Source: Oculina patagonica (Eukaryota). Taken from it: a stretch of DNA of 64,000 bases. Of this stretch, positions 13,174-23,249 are shown in pieces. Made by a program: the position numbers and the translations under genes. Location: positions 20,584,001 through 20,648,000 of the forward strand of contig NC_135769.1 in the NCBI RefSeq assembly GCF_052425735.1, read 5' to 3'. The notes below the pieces were generated by a model. The model saw nothing but the letters and a program-made list of their open reading frames with translations, searched no databases and was not told where the DNA came from. Positions within the stretch are counted from its first letter, which is position 1, and each line of letters starts with the position of its first letter.

Positions 13174-14313
13174 ATGGCGGCTGCGAATACGTCAAAGAAA
13201 GCAAGAAAGCAACTTTCCCAACCAGTCGGTCCGCAAAGATCCGAGACTTCACGCGGGACGACGTACAACATTTGGTATAACAAGAATGCAGGGGAAAGAG
13301 GTCACTCCAAAGAAAAGGCTCAAGCAACCACGCGATGCAATATCGCAAAAGATAGTGGAATAACCAAAGGCAGTTCAAGAGATTGGGATGGAACATTCAT
13401 CTGCTTGAAATTTGCCAGGGGTTGTTGCCCGTTTGGATACGACTGTTCCTGGATCCATACTTTACCTTCGGATGAGTTCGAGTCAAATTTAGAGACAACA
13501 AAAGACTGCTTTGGTCGAGAAAGGCATGAACATGTCAGAGATGATCAGAGTGGTGTGGGGTCGTTTTCAGCTGATGAGCAGACAGCTAGAACACTTTATG
13601 TTGGCGGGATATCCGTAACTCCAGACCTCCAATCCGTTGTTCATAAGCACTTCAGAGAGTGGGGAGTGATTGATAATGTAAGGGTGTTGCATGCGAAAGG
13701 CGTGGCTTTTGTACGTTACAAAAACCGTTCCAATGCAGAATTTGCCAAAGAAGCCATGCAGAACCAAGCTCTTGACAACAGTGAGACTCTGAATATAAGG
13801 TGGGCTACAGATGATCCCAACCCATGGGTTCAGAAACGAAAAGTTGAGAGTAGCAAAGAAAGGCTTACTGCCGCAGTATTACAGGACTATGACGGGCCGC
13901 TGAGAATTCCCCAAGGTACTGTGTTGGATGGTGATCTTCCTCCACAGAAGCGCCAGTACAAGGGCCGTGAGTTACACGATCCTGGGGAGGCAGTGGGCTA
14001 TTATCCAAACACCGATTATCAGTATTCAGAGGCTAATGCTAGTACCAGTATTAAATCTGACTCACATGTGGCTCAGTCACATCCTAATCAAGTGACAGGT
14101 TTTAGCACAGCAAGTGACTCACAGCCAAAAACTCTGTCTGATCTCATTAAATGGTCAAAAGAGCAGGCATCTCTCAGTAGAACAACTGATCTGTCACATG
14201 TTAAACATGTAGGGAAGGAGCTAACAGAGGAAAAGAGGAAGGAATCTGGAAGCTTTTCACTAGTTTCTGCATATGATTCTTCTTCAGATGATGAGAGTGA
14301 AGACAACAGCTGA
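13174..14313 (+). CDS. CWC2: Pre-mRNA splicing factor Cwc2-like (Torus/CCCH zinc finger + RRM), intronless
   Basis: 379 aa ORF. TYNIWYNK, CLKFARGCCPFGYDCSWIH, DCFGRERH, GVGSF, RTLYVGGI, NAEFAKEAMQNQ and IRWATDDPNP are colinear with yeast Cwc2 motifs. Confidence 0.88.
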   Translation: MAAANTSKKARKQLSQPVGPQRSETSRGTTYNIWYNKNAGERGHSKEKAQATTRCNIAKDSGITKGSSRDWDGTFICLKFARGCCPFGYDCSWIHTLPSDEFESNLETTKDCFGRERHEHVRDDQSGVGSFSADEQTARTLYVGGISVTPDLQSVVHKHFREWGVIDNVRVLHAKGVAFVRYKNRSNAEFAKEAMQNQALDNSETLNIRWATDDPNPWVQKRKVESSKERLTAAVLQDYDGPLRIPQGTVLDGDLPPQKRQYKGRELHDPGEAVGYYPNTDYQYSEANASTSIKSDSHVAQSHPNQVTGFSTASDSQPKTLSDLIKWSKEQASLSRTTDLSHVKHVGKELTEEKRKESGSFSLVSAYDSSSDDESEDNS

Positions 14314-15519
14314 CATTTTACTTTTAATCATTCAGTGGCATTGTTTGCCAGTAAAATGACTGAGTTTTGAAGTTGCTTTCTGCTTCTGTTTCAAAACGAC
14401 TCCCTATGCAAAATATTTGAAAACAAGTTTTTCTTGTTTTCTATTTGAAAGCAAGTTTTTCTAGTTTTCAAAACAATGAAAAGTTTTGCACCAGGACTTG
14501 TTTTACATGAAAAACTAGCCTGAGTGGCCAGTATTCAAATGGGAGAGAGGAGGAGAGTTTGAGCTTGAAGCACGAGGCAGAGAGCACAAAGTACAAACTT
14601 GTGCTTCCTGCACAAACTTCCCTTCTCCCTCCTCTACGAACGGCGGCCACGCAGGCTATTTTCAAACCTGTAGACTGAGGTAAAAGGCAACTCAAAAATG
14701 ACAATTTAGTCGTGTCATTATTGTACCCATATAGATATGGTTGTAAATAAAAGTGAATAAAATAAACCACCAAAATTACTAGCAATCGTTGGCAATCACT
14801 GATATAAAATACTTTTCCTTCAAAGACCTTATTGCACACTGTTAGCTAACTGAAACAGACAAGGACATGTAACAGTCATGGGGCAATGGTTCCCCCAGCG
14901 GTGCTTGGAGGTTAGAGGGAAGGGAGGCACAGTTGCGCTCCTTGTGTTGAATTGATAGATAGCACCTGCATAGGGCCAAACAGAAAATGGGATTACCAAT
15001 AATCATCCACAGTCTTTCCAGTAACTGCAATATAAAATGATTCCTCCTGTTTTTTTCCCCCCCCCAATCTGAAGGTGTCATGGATCTGAACGCACCACCT
15101 CTCCCCATCCAGGTAGTGTAAACAGTTCTTTGAGGGAATGACTGTATTAAAATTGTGCACATAACTTTCAAACATTTTTCTTTTTGGAAAATTTGTTATG
15201 GGCAAGTTTCAACTTATTTGAGCACCGCAGTGCATGTGAGCAAAAGCTGGGTATAGCATCCAGTGACTTCCATGTTAGTGTTCACGTCAAAAGATCTACT
15301 GTTTGCACAACCAAATCAGCTTTTATTTTATTTTATATTTTTTCCACTCTATTTCTGAGTACCGCTTACTCACCCCACACCCTACCCCCGGTGGGCAGTG
15401 TTCCTCCCGCGCGCCATCCTGTAGACCATGATCCTTTGTGTTCCGAGCTCCAAAATGGCGGACTAGATCAACAAAGCAGAAACGTGAAACTCAACGAAAA
15501 TACGGCTAAAAGCATAAAT

Positions 15520-18500
15520 ATGAAGCGTCCTTCAGATGAATCAGAACCTCTAGTATCAAAGAAAACACGTCGAGATAGTTCAGAAACAAAGAAAGCCTTC
15601 ACTGTCTCGCCGATCGATGCTTTTCGTGGAAGGCTTCCTTTCTATCGACAACCAGTCGAAGTCGGCTGCTTCTCTCTTGACAAGAACAGAGGTTTTCACG
15701 ATGACAAGCGACAGCTGAGATATTTTAGTCCCCCGCACAACATAGATTTCGACCTTCGTGCCGGGTATAAAGAGTTTGTTAAGAGAAACGAGGATGAAAA
15801 AGAAGGCTTGGAACACTTGTTGCAGTGGACAAACCGTCACAAGGAAAAATTTGAAATCATTCAAGTTCAAAGTCCCACAGAGAAAAGTTATACAAGCGAG
15901 AAACCTCCACTTTCGAGGTAAAAGCAGATTAATAATGGTACACTATTCAGCTCAGCTATCAGCAGATCTAGGGAAGGGACCCTGGCCAAAAAGTTTACCT
16001 TGTCATTCCCCGGCTAAACTTATTTGCATCTCATTAAATTTGAATGGTTCCTTTTGTTCTATATCTCTTAGTTCCTTGCCCCCTGGTGGGGGATAGGGCC
16101 GGACATCAATGCTCGCCATCTGTCCCTTTCTTGGCCACAGCTGCTGCTGCAGCCCAATATGTTAGTCCCAGCTCAGCGCGTTCCTTCTCCACCTGAGCAG
16201 TCTTTCCGGTGCATGCTCCGTTCTAAAAAGCGTTCAGAGATATGTAAATAAGTGGCCCGGTATCCCTTATCCGAAACGTGCTCTTAATACACATATCGGT
16301 GGCTTCCCCTGGGTTTGACCCAGGGCCACAGAAGGGGATTGTAAAAATGGTATCTATGCATGTATCTATATGAGGCCTTCCAAGGGGTAAAAGTGACAAG
16401 CGACATGACCCTGAATTCTGGTGACACAGGAACAATTTAACAGCAACAAGCGACATCATAATGGCACTGAAATGTAACAGCGATACAGGGCAAAAGCAAC
16501 ACAATAGCGGGAAAAACGACAGCGACATTTACAGCAGTTAGCTCGGCAGTTATCCACAATAGGGGCGCTCATTAGAATAGGGGTGCTTATAAGAATGGGG
16601 TTGCTTATTAGAATTAGGATTATCCGCTTATTGGATAAGGGGCACTTATTGGAATAGGGAGGCTTATTGACAAAAGACACATTCGAAGGGGGGCGCTAAA
16701 TCGAATCATTATGGTAAAAATGACTGAAAAGTGGGGTAAAATCCAAGGGAAATGGAAGTTAGTTGGAATAAGCGGGGTGTTCAAGTTATGCGAGTTCAAG
16801 TTACCGGTGTTCTACTGTAGTTTTATTTATGTTAAATCAACCAAAGGTAACAAACTTTGACAACTTAATCCTCAGCTTACACACAGACTTCATAACATGG
16901 AGAGGGCACTTAACAAAGATAATGTGCACGCCGTATGAAACGAGAGAATCCTGGCAAATGGCAGCAACCCTCTATAATGGAACCATCTATATCAGTGAAG
17001 TAGAAACAGAAGGAAACAAAGAGAGACGCAAAAATATGGATGACAGACAAAAAGAGATGTGCTACTGGGGTTACAACTTTGAAAGCTACGTCACATCACC
17101 AGTAGACAAGAGTAGTCAAACCAAGAATGGGGCAGCAAAAGAAGAAAGACGTCCATGTAATGACAGCGAGGCATATATCACTGTTATCAGAACCAGGCTT
17201 GGTGGACACTCTTTGGTCTTTGGAGCTGAAGTGGACTGCTGTGCAAAGGTGTGTGTTGTGGTATTTAAAGAAGTTGGCATTAAAGAAGTAAAGGTAGAAG
17301 GTTAAGTCTGCATCGAGCCAAGTGGCCCATACTGCTGGAGCTTATCCTAGGTTCTGTAAGCAACTAGGAGTATTGCTACTCCCCCTGGATGGGATGCTAG
17401 TCCATCGCAGGGTTACGTACCCAGCACTAGTTTGCCATTTATACACCTGGGTGGAGAGAGGAACTGTGTGTCAGAGTAAAGTTTCTTGCCCAAGAACACA
17501 ACACAATGACCTTGACCAGGGCTCGAAACCGGACCACTCGATCTGGAGTTCAGTGCGCTAACCATTAGGTCCCCGTGCCTTCCTGGCATCTCCCATACCA
17601 TTAAAAAAATGTTTACCCCTGGAGAGTGTTTCTTTCGCACTTCATTTGAGGGGGAGGTAGGATTAAGTTGAGCTAAGTAGACACAAGTTTGTTAACTTGG
17701 TACATGTTGCTGTAACTTACAACAGGGATGGAAATACGAGCAATAACACTTTTCCACTTGTGATACAACACTGTTGCATTGCAGGCTGCAAGAAAATGTT
17801 TATGTAAATAATGTTTTCAAAAAGTGCTTAATGGTTCTTGAGAAACAAACGCTCTAGACCCCTTCATCAATCTCAAATGATGGATTTGAGACTGACAAAG
17901 GGGTTTTCCCAAAACGTCTCTCTGTTTCTCAAGATCTATTAAGCACTTTTTGAAAACATTATTTACATGAATTAAAAGCCAAAAGTGCTACACTGCAACA
18001 CTTTATTTATCTTTTAAATGTGCAAGAAAATGTTGCCTGTATTACTTTGCCCTTATAAAAAATAGATGTTGGCGATGGTTCCTCTATAAACATGGTGGAT
18101 GGAAAATCTTTACACGGCTTACTTTCACTACTTCACTTTAGAGTTACTCTTCTAAAGAACCATTTTCCTTATCAGAAATGGTCCTTAGCTACTGTTTGCA
18201 GAAATGGGGTCTTGCTAAAACATCGAAGCTGTAGATGGGGGCCTAGTAGACTTGCCTACAAGTCAAGCTCACATGATCAAAGTTAAAAGCACAAGAGCTC
18301 CAGGGTCTACGGCTTAACTGGAAACAAGAAGTGAATGACTTTGAGAAAGCCTAGGGGCCTTGTGAGAAAAATGGAAGAGCTTTAATTAATTAACTAGTAA
18401 TACGTGACTCGCAGGGCCTCGCGAAGCTCTGGGTTGGGGAGGGGGGGGGGTGTTATAAATAAGGAGTGGATTATTTGAAGTTGAACATTAATTGAATTGT

Positions 18501-19701
18501 ACATATTCAATTTTCCACAGTAGGCAGAAAGATATATTTGTTAGAAATTTTATTTCAACGGGCATGGCCGCGACACCCTCGTTCCCAGGGTCTACTCCGC
18601 TTTAAAGATGGTGGCTTTTTCTGGTTCGTAAAGAGGTATAAAGCGTTAGGAAGCGCAGGCTATTTTCAAAATCATCGACAAATTATTGGATAGTCGCATT
18701 TTGGACATTAATTTGATGGCATAAAAAAAAAGAAGAACGAACGGCAGGAGGATTCGAAGCCTCCGCCCACGTGCCCCTGATGGCGATGAAAGGTTTATTA
18801 GCGTTGAGGGAGTATTATGTGAAAATCAATGTTATTTAAATCCGAAAAGAAAAACGATAAAAATGAAAGGCTCAGGATTCGAACCCACAAAAAAAAAGAA
18901 AAAAAAAGAAAAAAAAAAAACCCTAGCCGGATTCGAACCCCCGACCTCAGGTCCGAAGATCTGATTTCAAGTTCGACGCCTTACCATTAGGCCACCAGCG
19001 TGCGGCGGCCGTGTGACGTCATTTCCGCCACACACCAAGCTCACAAATATATATAGAAATATATATGACCGTAAACTCCACACGTGATTTCATCCCGCCT
19101 GATCCCTTTGAGGGACAAAATTATACACCCCGCTACGCTCGGCCTTCGGCCTCGCTTCGCGAGGAATTAATTTTTTTATTAAGGCCCTTTCCAGACATAG
19201 AAATTACAAACCACAGGACTACCCTGCATGTCTAACATCTTTGTCTTAATGTTCCAGGATGACCAAAAAGCCCCAGCAAACTACATAGAGTTAAAGACCT
19301 CCATTAAGCCCCATCATCACCATCATCACCACAACTTCAAACGCTACAAGCTGATCAAGTGGTGGGCCCAGTCGTATCTTGCAGGCGTACCAAAAATCAT
19401 ATGCGGCTTCAGAGATCATGATGGTCAGGTCAAAGAACTGCAAACATTCAACACTCTATCCATACCAAGGATTGTTCGAGACGAGGAGGGGCTGTGGGAC
19501 TCCTCTGTTTGTCTGAATCTACTAGACAGGTTTCTTGGTTGGGTGAAGTCAGTGGTTGTCAAGGAAGGGCCAGATGTTGTTTACATGTTTTCTTGGAAAG
19601 AACCCTTTGAGGAAATAACTGTTTCTGAGTTGTCTGATGGATCTCACCGTGTCCTACCAGATTGGTATTTGGAGAGCTTTGGGAGTGATGCGCCTCCTTA
19701 A
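15520..19701 (+). CDS. DXO: Decapping and exoribonuclease DXO/Dom3Z/Rai1 family (exons 15520-15917, 16876-17248, 19258-19701)
   Basis: Motifs QPVEVGCFS, DFITWRGHLTK, YWGYNFE, GAEVDC, YIELKTS, KWWAQSYLAGV. GT-AG junctions keep the frame (phases 2 and 0). Confidence 0.92.
17299..17582 (-). mobile_element. tRNA-derived SINE (further copies ~20618-20930, ~35595-35843, ~39760-39995)
   Basis: Minus-strand head with A/B-box-like (ggtggcc)taatggttag..ggttcgagccc. Shared core cccaggtgtataaatgg and gactagcatcccatccagggggagtag. Confidence 0.75.
18393..19170. mobile_element. Helentron/HINE-like non-autonomous element carrying tRNA-like sequence (DXO intron 2)
   Basis: Begins ACTAG in an AT-rich site. 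11-bp subterminal inverted repeat CCTCGCGAAGC (18417-18427) / GCTTCGCGAGG (19154-19164). GGCC-TTC-GGCC hairpin near the end. No TSD. Confidence 0.5.
18921..18999 (-). pseudogene. tRNA-like sequence (A box, B box, TGA anticodon-like loop, T-run terminator); not a foldable tRNA
   Basis: Minus strand GCTGGTGGCCTAATGGTAAGGCG..CTTGAAA..GGTTCGAATCC followed by a T run. Acceptor and anticodon stems are mismatched. Confidence 0.55.
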
Positions 19702-20217
19702 CAATAATAATTAGGAGGACTTTTCTTAGTCTGATTGCACATTATTTTACTATGTTGTCTGTTAAAAACAGATGAAACTCAGAAGCTGATTGGATTATGG
19801 TGAGAGCTACGTGCAGGGTAGGGCTGCATGGAAAACAAACAAGTAAAAGCACAAAAAAAAAAAATAGCTGAAAGGCCCCACAATCTGAAAGCCCTGCTGA
19901 AAGCCTGGAATAGACTACAAGAAGTGTTAAAAACACTTTTATTTTTTAAAAAAGTTGTCTAACACATGATCGATGGCTAGTTCCCAGAGTACATTTTTAA
20001 CAAAAGGCCTTGAGTACAAAACAAAACCAAAAAAGCTAGGAAAAATGGTTGTTAAGCATACTTTATCTTTACTGTAGACTTAGAATGTTACTGATATTAT
20101 GATAATTTATTTCAACTTAAACCATAAAAACATTTGATGTTTTTAATATTATACAATAAATCTACAGTACTTAACCAAACATTGCCTAGGTTGTCACATT
20201 GCCATAAAGTTAAAAAC

Positions 20218-22759
20218 TTATTCTGAGTTCATATATATTCTCATGTTTCTTTCCCAATTCTTTTCTTTCTTTTCTTTAGCTAGCCTTTCCTGTCTGCTGA
20301 TTTTCTTACAAGCTTCTTTCTTCTTTCCCTCTTTGGTGATCAATTTTTTCTTCTTCACAGCACTGGGGTCATTTGGACCAAAGTGCGTAACTCTTGCTTG
20401 TTGACTTCCCTTGCTACCAAGCCCCAATCGATCTCTCTTAAGGACTGTTTTGACTGGGTACTTTCTACCCACACCATCTGGACCTAAACCTATAATGAAA
20501 GAAATGAACACAATGTAATAATTTGTTATCATTTGATTATACTGACCCTTACAAGAACTCAGACTGTGAATAAGGGTCCGAGTAACTATCTGCCCATGCT
20601 GGCAAAAAAGGGGGAAGCTTTGAGCCATGCGGCCCATACTGCTGGAGCTTATCCCGGTTTCGGTAGCTAGGAATATTTCTACTCCCCCCTTAATGGGATG
20701 CTAGTCCATTGCAGGGAACCCCCCCCCCCACCCCCCAGAATGCGATGCTAGTTCCCCCAGCATTATGTCGCTGGTACCCATTTATACACCTGGGTAGAGA
20801 GAGGCACTATGAGAGTAAAGTGTCTTGCGCAAGAACACAACACAGTGACCCCGGCCAGGTGTCGAACCCGGACCGCTTGATCCAGACTCCAGAGTCCGGC
20901 CACTAACCATTAAGCCACCGCGCCTCCCACATGCTGGCAAACAGAAGAATAATATTTGTGTTTGTTTTTGGTCCTGAAAGGGGTTGGGGGTTAAATCCTA
21001 TTTGCAAGCCTAAATTAAATTTTGCTCAAATCCCATTTCCCACCTATTTTTTGCCCAGATCACAGTCCCAGGGGGGGACTCGGGGTTCCAAGTGACGGGG
21101 ATGATCGAAGGATTTTTTTGGGTTTTAAATTCTCGATTCCGGGAATTTTTTGGGTAGGAAAATTTGGCAAGTATTTTTTTGATTTGAGTAGGGATGTTTT
21201 TGGGTATTCAAAACAATCTGAAGATTTGTTGTAGTGCCTTGCCTGTGTAGTTCTGTGAATAAAGTACAAACAATCGTGTTTTGCTGATGATTTTTGAGGG
21301 GTCAATTTTTGATCTAGGGATTTTTTTGGGTTATGTTGGAAACCCTAGGGATTTTTTTGGGTCTTGATTTTTGCCCCCATTCGATCATCCCCGTCACTTA
21401 AAATCCCAAATACTCCCCCTGGGATCACAGACCCATTCCCATTTTTTATTCATGATTTCCCAGTACCAGTGACCCAAACCCCATATTTTCAGTGCAAAAA
21501 AATCAGTTCCTATTTTATCCCTACAGTCCCCTGTTTAATCACTGGAACTCTTTCCTCCGCATGACTCCTTTAGTGGGGAAAGGTGAAAAACACGAAAAAT
21601 GAAAAATAGGGGGAGCGCGGGGGGGACGACGGGAAGGGTGAAGCGGCGGATGCCCCTGCTCTCTCCTTTCCTATTCCCTTCCCAGTGTCCCCCGTGCGCT
21701 TTCGTTTCGATTTTCTCCAGGCTCTGCATGCTAACTTTTCACCTCTCTCGATTTCCCAGCCCGTAAGAAACACAAAAGAGGCCTTTGCGGAGGAGAGAGT
21801 CACTGGAACAATCAGATCAGCCAAATGTTCTCTTAGGTTGAGAATGTGACACCTCCCTACCATTGGCAAAAACAATGATTGACCTCCCACTACAAACCTT
21901 GATCTTCATTCCAACCAGACTTCAGCATCATTTGATAACCAACATTGCCTTCGGGTATATAGTAAAATGTTCTTTGAGGCTTCCGCTGAATGTTAAACAA
22001 GTGCACGGTTGAACCTTCATGCCTCCTCTTATCATCTGTAAACTCTTGCTCACAAATCGAGCACCAAAATTTTGTCTTTTCAGAAGAACATGCTTCTTTG
22101 AGGATTTTGTCGTGTTTGGATTTAGTTCGACCACTATAGGATGCCAGAAGTTCTACAATATCAAAGTGGCCAGCAAGTTTAGCGAGGTCCAATGCTGTTC
22201 TCCCTTGCAAATCCTTGTAACATCTCCACATAGCTCCCTTTTCCAAGAAATATTTAACAATATGAATCTGGCCACCATGGGAGGCACACATCAAGGCTGT
22301 CCAGGAAAACTGGTCACACACATTGATATCTACACTATTATCTGACAGGAGTTCTTGGATTTGTCGTAAGTTTCCTTCCTGAGCATGTTTCAAAAACTCG
22401 TTTACTAATCTACGATTTAAAGAAGCAGGTATACGCAGTTTTCTAGATCTTGATCGAAGACAGGATTTTTTCGTTTCTACATCGTCCATATTTGTTGATG
22501 ATGACTTATCAGAATCATTCAGCTTATCACTTCTCCCCTTTCTTGATCTATCTCGTTCTTTAGTATGCGTCTTTGAAGTGACAATACCTTGCACAACAGA
22601 ACTATCTGAAGACAAAACAGCTTCATAAAATGTTTTGGCTTCTTCGCCGGACATACTTCCCTGCTCGCATTTTGCAGTTTTTCCCTTTGAGAAGAATATG
22701 GGATCCTTGCCTTCTTTCGGCGAAACAAACCTCTGTAAAACATACGGCGAAAGCTTCAT
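20218..22759 (-). CDS. GPANK1: G-patch domain and ankyrin repeat-containing protein 1 (exons 21898-22759, 20218-20489)
   Basis: Ankyrin repeats (DINVCDQFSWTALMCAS, GRTALDLA), C2H2-like FWCSIC..H...H, and a G-patch NVGYQMMLKSGWNEDQ|GLGPDGVGRKYPVKTVLKRDRLGLG split by a phase-1 intron. Confidence 0.92.
21548..21799. mobile_element. MITE (CTCT.TCCTCCGCA...TGCGGAGGAGAGAG) with 9-bp TSD
   Basis: TCACTGGAA duplicated at 21539-21547 and 21800-21808. Related copy at 31026-31160 (TSD GTCAGATAT/GTCAGATAC). Confidence 0.8.
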
Positions 22760-23249
22760 TTATCTAACTATTTGGCCCCAGTTACGCTTCGTGGATGACA
22801 ATCTCCGGTTTGCCTAAATAAATATTAATACGGCTATTATTTCGATACTTTGAACGCAAATTGAACGTAAACGGCACTTTTCGTCCGCCATCTTCGGTGA
22901 CGTCAATTACGTCATAAAATTGGTTCCCAAGCTGTTCAAGCCAAACATAACCTTCTGCGAATGCTGGCTTCATTCCGATTTTAGTTCTTCGCTCAAGAAT
23001 AGACAAGTATGAGAAACTTTTCAACGACAAAAGGATAAAAAAGAGTGAAAAACGCAAACTTTAAACGGCCTGGGAAAGAAAGATGTGGCGAAATCTGTCA
23101 GAATCATTTGATATTCCAGCAGATTGAATCCGACATTTTTAGATTGATTTTGCTACGTCAGTACACATTTGCGTTCGGCCTAATGAGATATAATTTTTTG
23201 GAACACAGCGATTACAGCGGTGTACTGGAGTAGATAGCAGGCATTCATC

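Noticed and set aside
14516-14658. Additional 9-bp-TSD TAGCC MITE
   Set aside because: TAGCC...GGCTA termini are present but the flanks do not form a recognisable duplication, so it was not counted.
15184-15519. N-terminal extension of DXO shown in the ORF track
   Set aside because: It starts at a non-ATG codon and spans the likely promoter/5' UTR. The first in-frame ATG is 15520.
18921-18999. Functional tRNA-Ser(TGA)
   Set aside because: Acceptor and anticodon stems do not pair. Kept only as tRNA-like.
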